From Marsupella aquatica (taxonomy: Eukaryota > Plantae > Marchantiophyta), in the NCBI GenBank assembly GCA_973895155.1, contig OZ316898.1:21354122-21418121 (forward strand): a stretch of DNA of 64,000 nucleotides. The letters are read 5' to 3'. The notes below the pieces were generated by a model. That model ran no database searches and was not told where the DNA came from. It worked only from the letters and a program-made list of their open reading frames with translations. The first letter of the stretch is position 1, and each line of letters starts with the position of its first letter. The position numbers were made by a program, and so were the translations under genes. This document shows positions 1 to 11,511 of the stretch, piece after piece.

Positions 1-3000
1 ACTGAGTACATCAAGACTTACGAGGACAAGGAATCAGAAAGGGCAGCTCGAGAATGGCAGGAGCTCGCTCGATTGTGGGAGCTGCAGAAGACGGCTTTCT
101 TAGGAGGCGAACTCATCAAGGACGAGTTCCTGTGGACGCCTACTTCCAATCAACTCGACGATCTTCTGTTTTGCAAAGACAGCGTCGTCGGCATCCGAGA
201 GGCCATCAAGAACTACAACGACATACACTAGGAATTAAAGGGTAGCACGGAAAGGTGGACCCAGGCAACGGTGCTAGGAGAAACCTCCACGGCAGCAGAG
301 ATGAAGAGGAAGGGAGCCGTCAACGATGAAGCCACCCCGGCAAAAAGAACGAGGTCGGCGGCACCAAAGAGGCCAGCCGAGCAGCAGAGCAGGAGGCAGG
401 GAGAAGCCAAAGAGGAGGAGGTCGATCCCATCAAGGCCATTCCAACCAGGGATGACACCTGGAAGGGCTGGGCGGCAACCCTACCGGTGGAGGTGCAACT
501 ACATTTTGCACGGGAGGAGGATGCATGCTTCACGGCCATGCAGACCAAGAAGTACCAAGGCTTCATGGCCGGATCCGGCTTAGAGGCCTTTGTAAGATTA
601 CCATGGCTGAAGCCGGAGGTACCGGAGTCAGACCTATTAGAATTCGTGGGGTCATGGGAACCCGAGACCAATTGCACGAGGATATATGGGAAGGATTTCT
701 ATCTTACTCCCAAGGTAATTGCCGAAGTGTTTGGCTTGCCGATAGGCAATAAGACCAAAGTTGATACCAGGAAGTCCTTGCCTGACAAGGAGTTCCGGTC
801 GTTCCCCGGGCCATCAACGAAGAATGGCTTCTTCCGGAACACCTGCACCAACCCGCACATAGGAGAGATGATCGACTTCTTGCGGGTGACCATGCATTGT
901 AACTTGCCGAGGGCAGAGATCGGCAAGGCACAGGTCTATCTGGCAGAAAGGCCAGACCCAAGCCGGGACTACAACGGGTACCTCCTCAACCAATTGAAGA
1001 AGATCTTAAAGGAGGAGCAGCAGGTAATCGGCATGGGGAGCGTGTCGCGGCTTGGCTATCACATGCCGCTGTTGTGCCGGTATGCCAGAGGTCAGACTTT
1101 TGCCCCGGTACTTCCCCTGCAGGTAAGGGCACCCGAGGAAGCTCCAACGCCGAGGCCGTTGGCTGAGAAGCCTCAACCACCTGTTAGCCCTACGATCGAG
1201 CAGGTGTTTAGGCCCAGGAAGGAGGACTTGCCGATGCAGCAACCAGGCATGCAAAGTCTGCTGAAACTACTGGAGAAAGAAAAGAAATCGGCATCGGCAA
1301 CAACAACGGCAACGGCAACAATGCAGGACACTACTACAGAGGTAGGCCTACACCGGCTCACAAGAGAAAACCCCTTTGCTGGAGACAAGGAGAGAATCAG
1401 GCCTGAATCCAAGCCAGGTGTTCGAATGTATGTGGGAATCTCAAGCTCCGAATCTGAGGCAGAATTGCCTGAAGCTCCTACCGACGAAGAGGAGAGGGAG
1501 AAGCCGGACGGCCAAGAAGTAGAGGAGGCAGTGGAGGACTGCAGCCATGATAATTCCGGCTATGGGTCGGACCATCACGTCCCAGGAGTAAGGACCTGTG
1601 GCCGGTTTGTCCCCACACTTCCAAGGGTAGTGCGAGGGGACCCCAACCAGCAAAGTAGCCCTGAGTCTCCCCCACCAGATGTTGCTCCCCCGAGCTTTGA
1701 CGACATAAAACAGACGGTGCAGGAATTTCAGGAGCGAATCAAGCAGGAAGAGGAGGCAGCCCTGGCTAAGGAAAAGGATTTACCAGGAGGAGATTGGCCG
1801 GAGGACATCAGGCGGCTAGCCAAAAAAGGAAGCAAACCTCTAGCCACGATTGAAGAGATCCGCAAGACGGCTTGGGAGCAGAGGCCGCGATGGGCGATGC
1901 CGATCACTTCTACTTACTCCACCTATGCTAAGAATAGAGCCATGGAGTATGGTGAGATGTGTGGGGAACTTGCGCTCGGCATCTTTGGAGAGGAGTTGGA
2001 GGTAGGACCCTTTTTCCATAGGGAGTAGTTGGAGAAGCACCAATTAGAAGAAGCGGTGGCTTTAGAGAGAAGCAAGAAGGACGAGGTCATTCGGCGGCTT
2101 AGGAGGATGGAAGCCGAGATTGAAGATCTAAGGGCAGCCAAGAAAGCCCAAGATGAACTGCGGATTAAACGACATGAGCTGAACATCATGCAGGGGCAGT
2201 TGGACACCGCGCAGGCTGATAATCAGAATATCAAGGATAAACTGACTCGGACGCAGGGAGAGTTGGCCGACACGATCAAGGAGAGGGAGAAGTGGAAGCA
2301 AGAGCTGAAGAATACAGAAGAGGCCCACATAACAGCCAACAGCCGGGCCATGGCGGAGACCCAAAGAAAGGAATGGGCGTTGAAAGGGGAGCTCGAGAAA
2401 ATCCGCGGAGCCCTTGAGCAGAAGGAGGCCGAGTTAGGGAAATCCTATCAAGGGATTATGGCGCTGCAGCAGGAGCTTGCGTCCCTGACGGCCAGCTTCA
2501 AGGCCGACCTAAGGGAGAAGGACGAGATGCTCAAACAGACTTACGCCAAGATGAACCAGATGGAGTCTGTCATCATTGCAGAGCTCGACAAGGAGCTAAG
2601 AGCAACCCAGGAGGAGAGGACTACCTTGAAACAAGAACGGGAGGAAGCCCAGAAGGAACTAGAGGAGGCACGCAAGGACCTGGATGAGACCCAGGAGGAG
2701 TTGGAGGAAATCACGAGGAAGATGGAGAACCTCCAGCGGCGGGCCGACAACCAAACGGAGCGGCTGAAGAAACAAGCCGCAGTATTTAAGTGCTTGTCTT
2801 CATCAGGCCCAACTCCAATTGGGGCAACCAAGTTACCAGGAGTGGTACTGGCCGAAGAAAAAGCCGCGCCAACTGCACCAGTGCCGGAAGTAAGTGGGAA
2901 GGGGAAGGGACCAGCTGCCGAACCAGAAAAGAAGAAAAAGCGGAAACCTTCAAGGTCAAGGAGTAATCCGACTCCACAAGCCGTGGTGACCAAAGAGGTA

Positions 3001-3321
3001 GAACCAGCACCATCCTCCGGCATGAATACGGCAATAGATCCCGCTATCATCACAGGTGGGGGTGGTGCGGCCCAAGCCGAACTACTCAGTAATGAGGCCG
3101 GTATTCCAGATCCGCCTCTTGAGCAGGCCGGGGAGACCGTAGCCGAGGCTGAGGCCGTAACCGATTCCCAAGCCGACGCCGACGCCGATGGTGGACCCAG
3201 TCAGGCCGAGGGAGAATTGACTCAGTCAAGGGCAGGTAATCTGTCAGGGAATGAGCCTACGGCAGTGGCTGAGGAGGAAGCGTTGGGGGCGTCCACTAAG
3301 GATCCACCACCGGTGTCGTGA
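1..3321 (+). pseudogene. Family A 3' accessory ORF (>1100 codons): plant-transposon-protein-like domain, acidic linker, long coiled coil, KKKKRK basic patch; two in-frame TAG stops
   Basis: Frame 1 is continuous from 1 to 3321 except TAG at 229-231 and 2026-2028; the second is CAG in the minus-strand copy (FFHREQLEKHQ). Motif LPWL...LLEFVGSW...IYGKDFYLTPKVIAEVFGLP. Confidence 0.8.
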
Positions 3322-3360
3322 CGGTGCAAGGGCGCCGTTCCTTTTAGGGAGGGCGGACGT

Positions 3361-3374
3361 GGAGGGAGGAGGCG
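3361..3374 (+). other. Polypurine tract of family A
   Basis: GGAGGGAGGAGGCG immediately before TGAGTGGG; present in all four copies. Confidence 0.7.
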
Positions 3375-4233
3375 TGAGTGGGCAGGGCGGGCGTGGATCT
3401 CCACGTTTAGGATTAGGATCAGAACCAGGAGCGGCCCTGACACTTAGCTTAGTGGGATTGCGGTCCCACTGGTAGGAGCAACACTTGTGCTCCTGCCTTG
3501 CTGTACATAGGTAGATTCGGGCAAGTAGATTACTGTTAGGTAGATTAGGCTTACGATGCAAAGAATGGTGGATCCACTACCAGGATAAGTACTTGGGCAG
3601 CGGGGAGCTCAGGGCCTCTTCTTTAGCAAGTTTTTAGTTTGCACCAGCCGGGCTGGGATCAAGTAGTACGAGAAGCTCTCGGTTAGTCATACAGTGACCC
3701 TTGTGTATATTCATGTTTCCTCATGCCTAAGAGCTGAATAGAGTTGGCCTCACGGCTTAGTTCGCAGAACTTGTGTATGAGATGTACTGTTTGTATGGCA
3801 AGTGCATGGTATGACTCAGTCAGAATGAGTCATTTTGCTATTTGTGTGTCGCATTAACTTGTGTGAAGAGTGCCCACATCAACCAGAAGGAAGGAAAGTA
3901 AGCAGGGGAGTGAGAGTTGGATGTGTCGAGCTGAGAGAGGTCTTAGCGGCTTAACCAAGCCTATTGGGGATCATTCCGGCGGCGGAATCCAAACATACCT
4001 AACAAGACGGAGGGGAAGACAGGGGAAGGCCTAGATTAGGCCGGCTACGTATCTCATGACCCGATGAAGGATCTGTCCAGTATATGTGTGTAAAATGTTA
4101 ATAGTAGTAGTAGAAGGTTAGCAGTGTCCCATGCCGCTAAGCCGTGGAAACGGCCTCGCCAAGCGCGAAACCTGCGGGAATCGGCTTGAGCTGGGGGGTT
4201 TCTTGGGTTTAGGGAGCCATGGGACGCACCACA
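3375..4233 (+). repeat. Family A LTR (859 bp), shared by two tandem elements
   Basis: TG...CA ends; 3' end fixed by divergence of the flanks in four copies; 5' end inferred from the PPT. Confidence 0.8.
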
Positions 4234-4237
4234 TTTT

Positions 4238-4256
4238 TGGCACTAGATGGAGGGGG
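4238..4256 (+). other. Primer-binding site
   Basis: TGGCACTAGATGGAGGGGG, 4 nt after the LTR end and just upstream of gag; cognate tRNA not identified. Confidence 0.7.
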
Positions 4257-4302
4257 CATTTCTTAAGCCGTGAGATATGAAGTTTGAACGGAAGCGTAGG
4301 TA

Positions 4303-6275
4303 ATGACTGACCTTACGCCGAGGGAAGAAAGAGTGATTCAACGGGAGAGAGCTCGACTGCAGCAGCTCGCCGGGTGGCATGATACACAGCGACTGAGAGG
4401 GGCAAAAAGAGCTGGTAGCTCCAAAACTGGAAGTGGCGTCGAAGAAGACATACCAGAAGAAGAGTCGGTAAGGAGAAGTGAGTCTCCAACCGACATGGGG
4501 GAACCAGAGGCACGGCCAGACGAGAGGCCAGGGACCAGATTGAGCCAGCGGTTGCGCATACATTACAAGGCATTTCATGGGAGAGGAGATGAGGATCCGG
4601 ACGAATGGTTGGATGATTTCGAGGGAACCGCTGCAGCAAATGGAGAATCGGCCATCAAGATGCAGATTCTTCCCGGCCTGTTCAAGGGTGAGGCTAGGCC
4701 TTGGTACAGAGCATTAGATGTGGAAGATCAAGCCATCTGGGATATCTTCAAAACACTCTTTGTTAAGGAGTTTCGACCCATTGGAACTTCAGAACTAGCA
4801 GTGCTGAAGTTGGGACAACTTTGGTTCAAGGAGAACAAATCCTTCAGGAAGTTCTTGCAACGCTTTCAGAAACTGGTAAGACGTACAAAGACCAATGCAT
4901 CTGAAGGTATGCAACTTCAATGGTTGGTGAATGCTTTGCCACAGAAGATGAGTTTTGCAATTAGGAAGGAGAACCCGGAGACCTTAGCCGAAGCAATTAA
5001 GGATATTCAATTATACATTAATGCAGATATCACAAGCCGGAAGAAACAGCTTAAGTCTGAGAGTTCCTCATCAGAAGAGGGATCACCCCATAAGAAAAAA
5101 GATAAGAAGAAGAAACATTCTAAGAAGTCTAGAAGTGATAAGTCAAGCTCGGATAGTGGGAGTAACAAGAGTGAGTCATCTTCTAGTTCTGAAGAAGAAA
5201 AAACTAGGAAAAGGAAGGACAGAAGGAGAGGGAAGACGAAAGTCAAGCTGGAGGCTAAGCCACCAGATAACATCGTAGCCCTTACCGAGCAACTTAAGGC
5301 TATCATTGCAGAGGTAAAACCGAAGAAGAAGGTAGTACAGGAGGATAGCTCTGTATGGTGTGCCTTATGTTATAAAACCGGACACCATAAAGATGCATGT
5401 CCTAAGCTTAATACTAATCATGTTCGGCATGTGGCCGAGATCAGACCATGTCAGGAGAAGTAGAGTACTTTTTAGGAGATGCCGCTGATAGTGTTTTCGG
5501 CATCAGTGAGACTGGAGCACGAGACCTATCCAACAGACCTGCATCTCTATGGTCAGGGTTAAGGAACAATCCAGGAGAGATGTATCCTCGGATTATTCAG
5601 AACCCGTCAGTACCTCCTAGGCCGAATGTGCAAAGATTTGCGGCGTGCTATAATTGTGGTCAACCTGGCCATTTTGCTAGAGAATGCCCGAATGCACGCA
5701 AACAGGGTGATGGACAACCAGCTCCGCTATGTATGGGATGCCGACAGGAAGGTCATATGCTAGGGCAATGTCCTACTTGGTTGGCAGGCCTGGCCGCAAA
5801 TCATAAACTTTTGCCGGTCAAGATCCTACCACCAGGCACTACCCCCGGAGGAGTTCAAATCAACCACATCGAACTAGGATGGCAAGAGGATGCCGAGGCA
5901 GAGTTCGTACCATCTGATGATGAGGCCGAAGCCCTATCAACCTTCTCAGAGGAGGATTTAGATCATGATTGCTACCGGGTCTCTACTCGATCTACCAGAA
6001 GGAAGGAAAGGTGGGATGGGCTGGCCAAAAATAAAGGGAAGGTTACGGAGGAAAGGATCGACTCTTCGTCAACATCAACAGAAGGAGAAGGGAGGGCTCC
6101 GGCAATACAGGTAAGCCATGAGCCCACCAGTGAAACCAATCCTTCACAAGATAGCGACTTCAATCGAGATCATCCTAAGTTGTTCTACCCCTCTGTTACG
6201 GCTAGTGTTAAGGAACAACTAAGAGAATTAGAAACCCTGGAGAATACCGAAGCCATTGCCAAGGATGTAAAATGA
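4303..6275 (+). pseudogene. gag: Gag (retrotransposon capsid domain plus three CCHC zinc knuckles), frameshift near 5440
   Basis: FHGRGDEDPDEWLDDFE...FKGEARPWY...W..FK..FVKEF; knuckles CALCYKTGHHKDAC, CYNCGQPGHFAREC, CMGCRQEGHMLGQC. Confidence 0.9.
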
Positions 6276-6284
6276 GCAAAAGCA

Positions 6285-7264
6285 TTGTTTGCTTCGGAAG
6301 ACCCAACAGCTGTGGAGACTAGCGTGGCAAAACTGGCCGAATCCAAGACGGAGACACCACCAGAGGAGAAGCCGATTGTTCCCTATGACCTGGCTAAAGA
6401 TGTACTAGAATCTAGAGTCTCGGCAACAGTAGGTCAACTATTGAAAAATAGCCCGTACTTCCGGAAGCAATTAAGGAAGGCTATTCTTGGCAAGCCGAGA
6501 TTACCCAAGGTAGCAACCAGATCCGACGTACTAATGATAGAAGAAGATCAAGGAGCCCCAGCATTACCATTAATGATTCAAGGAGAATTATTACTACGGG
6601 TACCCATCGATGGAGGATCAGGGGTATGTATTATGATTGATTCAACAGCAAAAGGGTGGGGTCTAACACCGGAGATGACTGGAAGAGTGTTGAACATGGC
6701 CAATGGATATCAGGTCATTCCCACGGGAGTGTTAACCAGCATCAAGACAGAGATAGGAGGTATCTTCTTTAGCATTAACTATGTAGTAATGAAGCCGGTA
6801 AATCCTACGTCATTCCGGCTATTGATTGGTAGGCCATGGCTGTACCTAGCCGAGGTAATAGAAGATTGGGGTAAAAAGCAGTTCACTTTCGGGACCCCCT
6901 CTATCACGGTATCCTGGGACACTAAGGATGACCGTAGGAAAAGCATAAGGGAAGTAGATGGGTACGACAGTGGACTGGAGTCAGCCGATGAAGTACGTTG
7001 GTTAGAATGCCTCACTAACCTAACCGAAGAAGGTGTCTTTGGACTAGAGGTACCCCCCAGCGGATTATGGCAAGAACCAATGGAAGGTGACTTGGAAGAA
7101 GAAGACGAAGAGGTCGAGGACTGCTTTACAATAGAATCCACCTTTTTAGCTGCAATTCCGGAGGAAGTAAAGGATGTAGACCAATTGGATGAAACAGCTA
7201 AGTGGGGAGCAGTAGCAGGGACAATGGATTTTCTGCAGGCATTGTGGCAGAGCCGGCAGGGTTC
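6285..7264 (+). pseudogene. Aspartic protease region of pol, truncated
   Basis: PIDGGSGVCIM active-site motif and LLIGRPWL; same frame as 5448-6275 across one TGA. Confidence 0.85.
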
Positions 7265-7265
7265 A

Positions 7266-7298
7266 CCTAAACCCTAAACCCTAAACCCTAAACCCAAA
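7266..7298 (+). repeat. Interstitial telomere repeat at the deletion junction
   Basis: CCTAAA(CCCTAAA)3CCCAAA, 2 nt before the resumed accessory ORF. Confidence 0.9.
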
Positions 7299-7300
7299 CA

Positions 7301-8424
7301 AGTTGGACACCGCGCAGGCTGATAATCAGAATATCAAGGATAAACTGACTCAGACGCAGGGAGAGTTGGCCGACACGATCAAGGAGAGGGAGAAGTGGAA
7401 GCAAGAGCTGAAGAATACAGAAGAGGCCCACATAACAGCCAACAGCCGGGCCATGGCGGAGACCCAAAGAAAGGAATGGGCGTTGAAAGGGGAGCTCGAG
7501 AAAATCCGCGGAGCCCTTGAGCAGAAGGAGGCCGAGTTAGGGAAATCCTATCAAGGGATTATGGCGCTGCAGCAGGAGCTTGCGTCCCTGACGGCCAGCT
7601 TCAAGGCCAACCTAAGGGAGAAGGATGAGATGCTCAAACAGACTTACGCCAAGATGAACCAGATGGAGTCTGTCATCATTGCAGAGCTCGACAAGGAGCT
7701 AAGAGCAACCCAGGAGGAGAGGACTACCTTGAAACAAGAACGGGAGGAAGCCCAGAAGGAACTAGAGGAGGCACGCAAGGACCTGGATGAGACCCAGGAG
7801 GAGTTGGAGGAAATCACGAGGAAGATGGAGAACCTCCAGCGGCGGGCCGACAACCAAACGGAGCGGCTGAAGAAACAAGCCGCAATATTTAAGTGCTTGT
7901 CTTCATCAGGCCCAACTCCAATTGGGGCAACCAAGTTACCAGGAGTGGTACTGGCCGAAGAAAAAGCCGCGCCAACTGCACCAGTGCCGGAAGTAAGTGG
8001 GAAGGGGAAGGGACCAGCTGCCGAACCAGAAAAGAAGAAAAAGCGGAAACCTCCAGGGTCAAGGAGTAATCCGACTCCACAAGCCGTGGTGACCAAAGAG
8101 GTAGAACCAGCACCATCCTCCGGCATGAATACGGCAATAGATCCCGCTATCATCACAGGTGGGGGTGGTGCGGCCCAAGCCGAACTACTCAGTAATGAGG
8201 CCGGTATTCCAGATCCGCCTCTTGAGCAGGCCGGGGAGACCGTAGCCGAGGCTGAGGCCGTAACCGATTCCCAAGCCGACGCCGACGCCGATGGTGGACC
8301 CAGTCAGGCCGAGGGAGAATTGACTTAGTCAAGGGCAGGTAATCTGTCAGGGAATGAGCCTACGGCAGTGGCTGAGGAGGAAGCGTTGGGGGCGTCCATT
8401 AAGGATCCACCACCGGTGTCGTGA
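7301..8424 (+). pseudogene. Family A accessory ORF, C-terminal coiled-coil part
   Basis: Near-identical to 2198-3321; extra TAG at 8326-8328 (CAG in other copies). Confidence 0.85.
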
Positions 8425-8477
8425 CGGTGCAAGGGCGCCGTTCCTTTTAGGGAGGGCGGACGTGGAGGGAGGAGGCG

Positions 8478-9336
8478 TGAGTGGGCAGGGCGGGCGCGGA
8501 TCTCCACGTTTAGGATTAGGATCAGAACCAGGAGCGGCCCTGACACTTAGCTTAGTGGGATTGCGGTCCCACTGGTAGGAGCAACACTTGTGCTCCTGCC
8601 TTGCTGTACATAGGTAGATTCGGGCAAGTAGATTACTGTTAGGTAGATTAGGCTTACGATGCAAAGAATGGCGGATCCACTACCAGGATAAGTACCTGGG
8701 CAGCGGGGAGCTCAGGGCCTCTTCTTTAGCAAGTTTTTAGTTTGCACCAGCCGGGCTGGGATCAAGTAGTACGAGAAGCTCTCGGTTAGTCATACAGTGA
8801 CCCTTGTGTATATTCATGTTTCCTCATGCCTAAGAGCTGAATAGAGTTGGCCTCACGGCTTAGTTCGCAGAACTTGTGTATGAGATGTACTGTTTGTATG
8901 GCAAGTGCATGGTATGACTCAGTCAGAATGAGTCATTTTGCTATTTGTGTGTCGCATTAACTTGTGTGAAGAGTGCCCACATCAACCAGAAGGAAGGAAA
9001 GTAAGCAGGGGAGTGAGAGTTGGATGTGTCGAGCTGAGAGAGGTCTTAGCGGCTTAACCAAGCCTATTGGGGATCATTCCGGCGGCGGAATCCAAACATA
9101 CCTAACAAGACGGAGGGGAAGACAGGGGAAGGCCTAGATTAGGCTGGCTACGTATCTCATGACCCGATGAAGGATCTGTCCAGTATATGTGTGTAAAATG
9201 TTAATAGTAGTAGTAGAAGGTTAGCAGCGTCCCATGCCGCTAAGCCGCGGAAACGGCCTCGCCAAGCGCGAAACCTGCGGGAATCGGCTTGAGCTGGGGG
9301 GTTTCTTGGGTTTAGGGAGCCATGGGACGCACCACA
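8478..9336 (+). repeat. Family A LTR (3' LTR of copy 2)
   Basis: Copy of 3375-4233, followed by unrelated AGGCT... Confidence 0.85.
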
Positions 9337-10844
9337 AGGCTCCATCCATCTTGGATCGCCATTGTACTCTCAATGCGCTCCTAATGCCGAGCCTCGCTTC
9401 CCGTCCGCTTCACGTATGATATCTCATGAATGACGGCCAAGGATAAGTTACTCCTCAGGTGCCGCCTCCCAATTTTCAAGATCCAAGTACCATCAGTACT
9501 GTTCAAGGCTCCTACTACTGTCCCTGTCACTACCTAAAGCAGCGAGCCCAAAGTAAGTACCACGAAGCGGCAAGTAACTCAGCATGAAAAGCCAAGGCAC
9601 GAGCCATCAACAGGGCATCAGCCATCATCATTAATTTCAAGGTTTAAGAGCCTGGGGGATCTCATTGTTCGCTCATGTCTTATTAAGAACCTGATGGATC
9701 ATATTGACAGCCATCTGAAGTTGATGTGCCTTCTCCAAGTGGTCAACATTTTTTAAAACATAGAATACCTTCTTATAACGTGCTATAAAAAAGAAGTAAC
9801 CCAATAAACAGAAAGACATAACACCAAAAGTGAACAGAACATAGCCTAAACCCTATGGGACTGCAATATGAATGATAAGCTTCCCCCCCACATATCTTAC
9901 ACCACTTGGGGGGGGGTGGGTGGGGGCGTGGCGGGGTATAGGTTGGTGGAGCGAGCGCATTCTCTCCTCATTCTTCACTGATGCTCTCATTCACTATGTT
10001 TCTTAATCGGTGGTATCTCGTTGGTTTAGCGTGTGATCGAGTGTTACACATTTGCTGCCTAGCCTGAGTTTAATTGGAGCGGACATAAATGGCCATAAAA
10101 TGATGTCCAAAATCATCGCGTATAAAATCATTTTCATTCCATCTCGACCACCCTAAAAGGTTGAAAATAGCGGATGCAAAGAATGTAATTACTTCTCAAC
10201 AGTTATAAGAAAAAATAATCCCCAATGGGATTCTAATGGGTATAATCCTTACACCGAGCTCATCTGAGACCGCAATATGTGACTCATTTTGGCTCAAGTG
10301 ACTTCATTGTGACTCAACGTGACGGGAGCCGGGCTGTGACCCTTGGTGTTGCAAAAGTTGACACCAAAAAAAAAAGTCACTATTGATACTGGACATTGCG
10401 ACTTGCTTCAATGATACCCATTTGTGACTGATCTGTGACTCCATTATGGAGTCCAGCCTTGTTGATACGTGACTGCAATGTGACTTTAATTAGTCACAGG
10501 GTAAGAATTTAGGGAACTTGTAACCATGACTGATCCAGTAATGGATTATAGCAATTGTGTAAGAGTTCATAAGGAGAGATAGTCAATTCAAGAGCACTCC
10601 ACATTACAATACATAGAAACCCTAAATCATCACTTTAGAAATATATAACATATTAAATACAGGATATAAACAGAGCATGAATGACACCCACATGAAACAA
10701 AGCATGATATAAGGAGGTCCTACATAAAACATTCATAAGAATCACAATATTGGTGAAAGATGATGATCAATTCAATTACAATGGAACGGTTTACAATGTC
10801 GTCAACATAATTCAGAGAAAACAGGAACTTGTAAACTGAAAATT

Positions 10845-10922
10845 GTTTGAAATAATTGAAAGCAAATGCAAGTTACTATCAATTTTGAAATAATTGAAAG
10901 CAAATGCATGTTACTATCAATT
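10845..10922. repeat. Tandem duplication of about 38 bp
   Basis: TTTGAAATAATTGAAAGCAAATGCA(A/T)GTTACTATCAAT twice. Confidence 0.85.
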
Positions 10923-10975
10923 ATCAAGCATGATAATGCATTGCTTCTTGAATTCTAAAATCTACAAAACATGAC

Positions 10976-11498
10976 AGTGGTGGACCTTGCCACCCAGCTC
11001 TAGCATCCTAACTCAAGCTCAACAGACATTGGTAAATAGGTCAGCAATAGGTCCTCCAGATACCATAAGCGGGAACCAGAACCCACACCCACTGTTCGTC
11101 CAGAACAGCTCCTTCCTTGGGCGTAACCCGGGTTCCCCCTCGTACCTATCCATCACCAACTGACCGCCCTGACCCGGGGACATGCTCATGGCCCAAATAG
11201 CGTAGCTTGTCCCAACAAGTAGGGACCAGAATGGCCCCAACTCTAGCAACCAACTCCCGATTCGCCTCACTAATGGCCTAGGGACCGAGCACTCTTGGAA
11301 CTCAACCTCCACACCTACTTGGCCTTGCCTCCCCAACACAAGCTCCCTTGGGAGACTGAACACGGCTTGGCTGCTGTTCTGCAGGATTTGGCAAGCGGGC
11401 GAGTTAACACCTGCAAACCCCAAGAACCCATGGTGCCCCCAAACCTAGCTGAGCTCAGGAGGGCTACAGCTTTCCAACGCCCCAAAGAAGTCCTCCAA
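10976..11498. repeat. Dispersed GC-rich repeat family B, copy 1 (probable LTR fragment)
   Basis: Starts AGTGGTGGACCTTGCCACCC and aligns with 21400-22143, lacking about 230 bp present there. Confidence 0.75.
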
Positions 11499-11511
11499 GA
11501 AGTTGTCATTT

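Larger units (their letters stand above)
1..4233 (+). mobile_element. Ty3/gypsy non-chromovirus (Athila/Tat/Phygy-like) family A, copy 1: 3' part (accessory ORF, PPT, LTR); runs off the window start
   Basis: Near-identical to 7301-9336, 38955-42029(-) and 54917-56703; all four end at ...GGGACGCACCACA; this LTR is followed by a PBS and gag. Confidence 0.9.
3375..9336 (+). mobile_element. Family A copy 2: LTR-gag-protease-[deletion with telomere repeats]-accessory ORF 3' part-LTR; lacks RT, RNase H and integrase
   Basis: Two LTRs about 99% identical; 7301-9336 matches 2198-4233 at a constant offset of 5103. Confidence 0.9.

Noticed and set aside
2541-3561. Antisense ORFs recurring in every family A copy
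   Set aside because: Shadows of the coiled-coil ORF and LTR; recurrence reflects DNA identity only
5418-5463. Programmed frameshift within gag
   Set aside because: No slippery heptamer in the overlap; a single-base loss (GAG GAT to GAGAT) explains it, and the element has other lesions
10238-10552. MITE with TATAATCC inverted ends and internal GTGACT repeats
   Set aside because: Inverted match is short and imperfect, and no TSD was found
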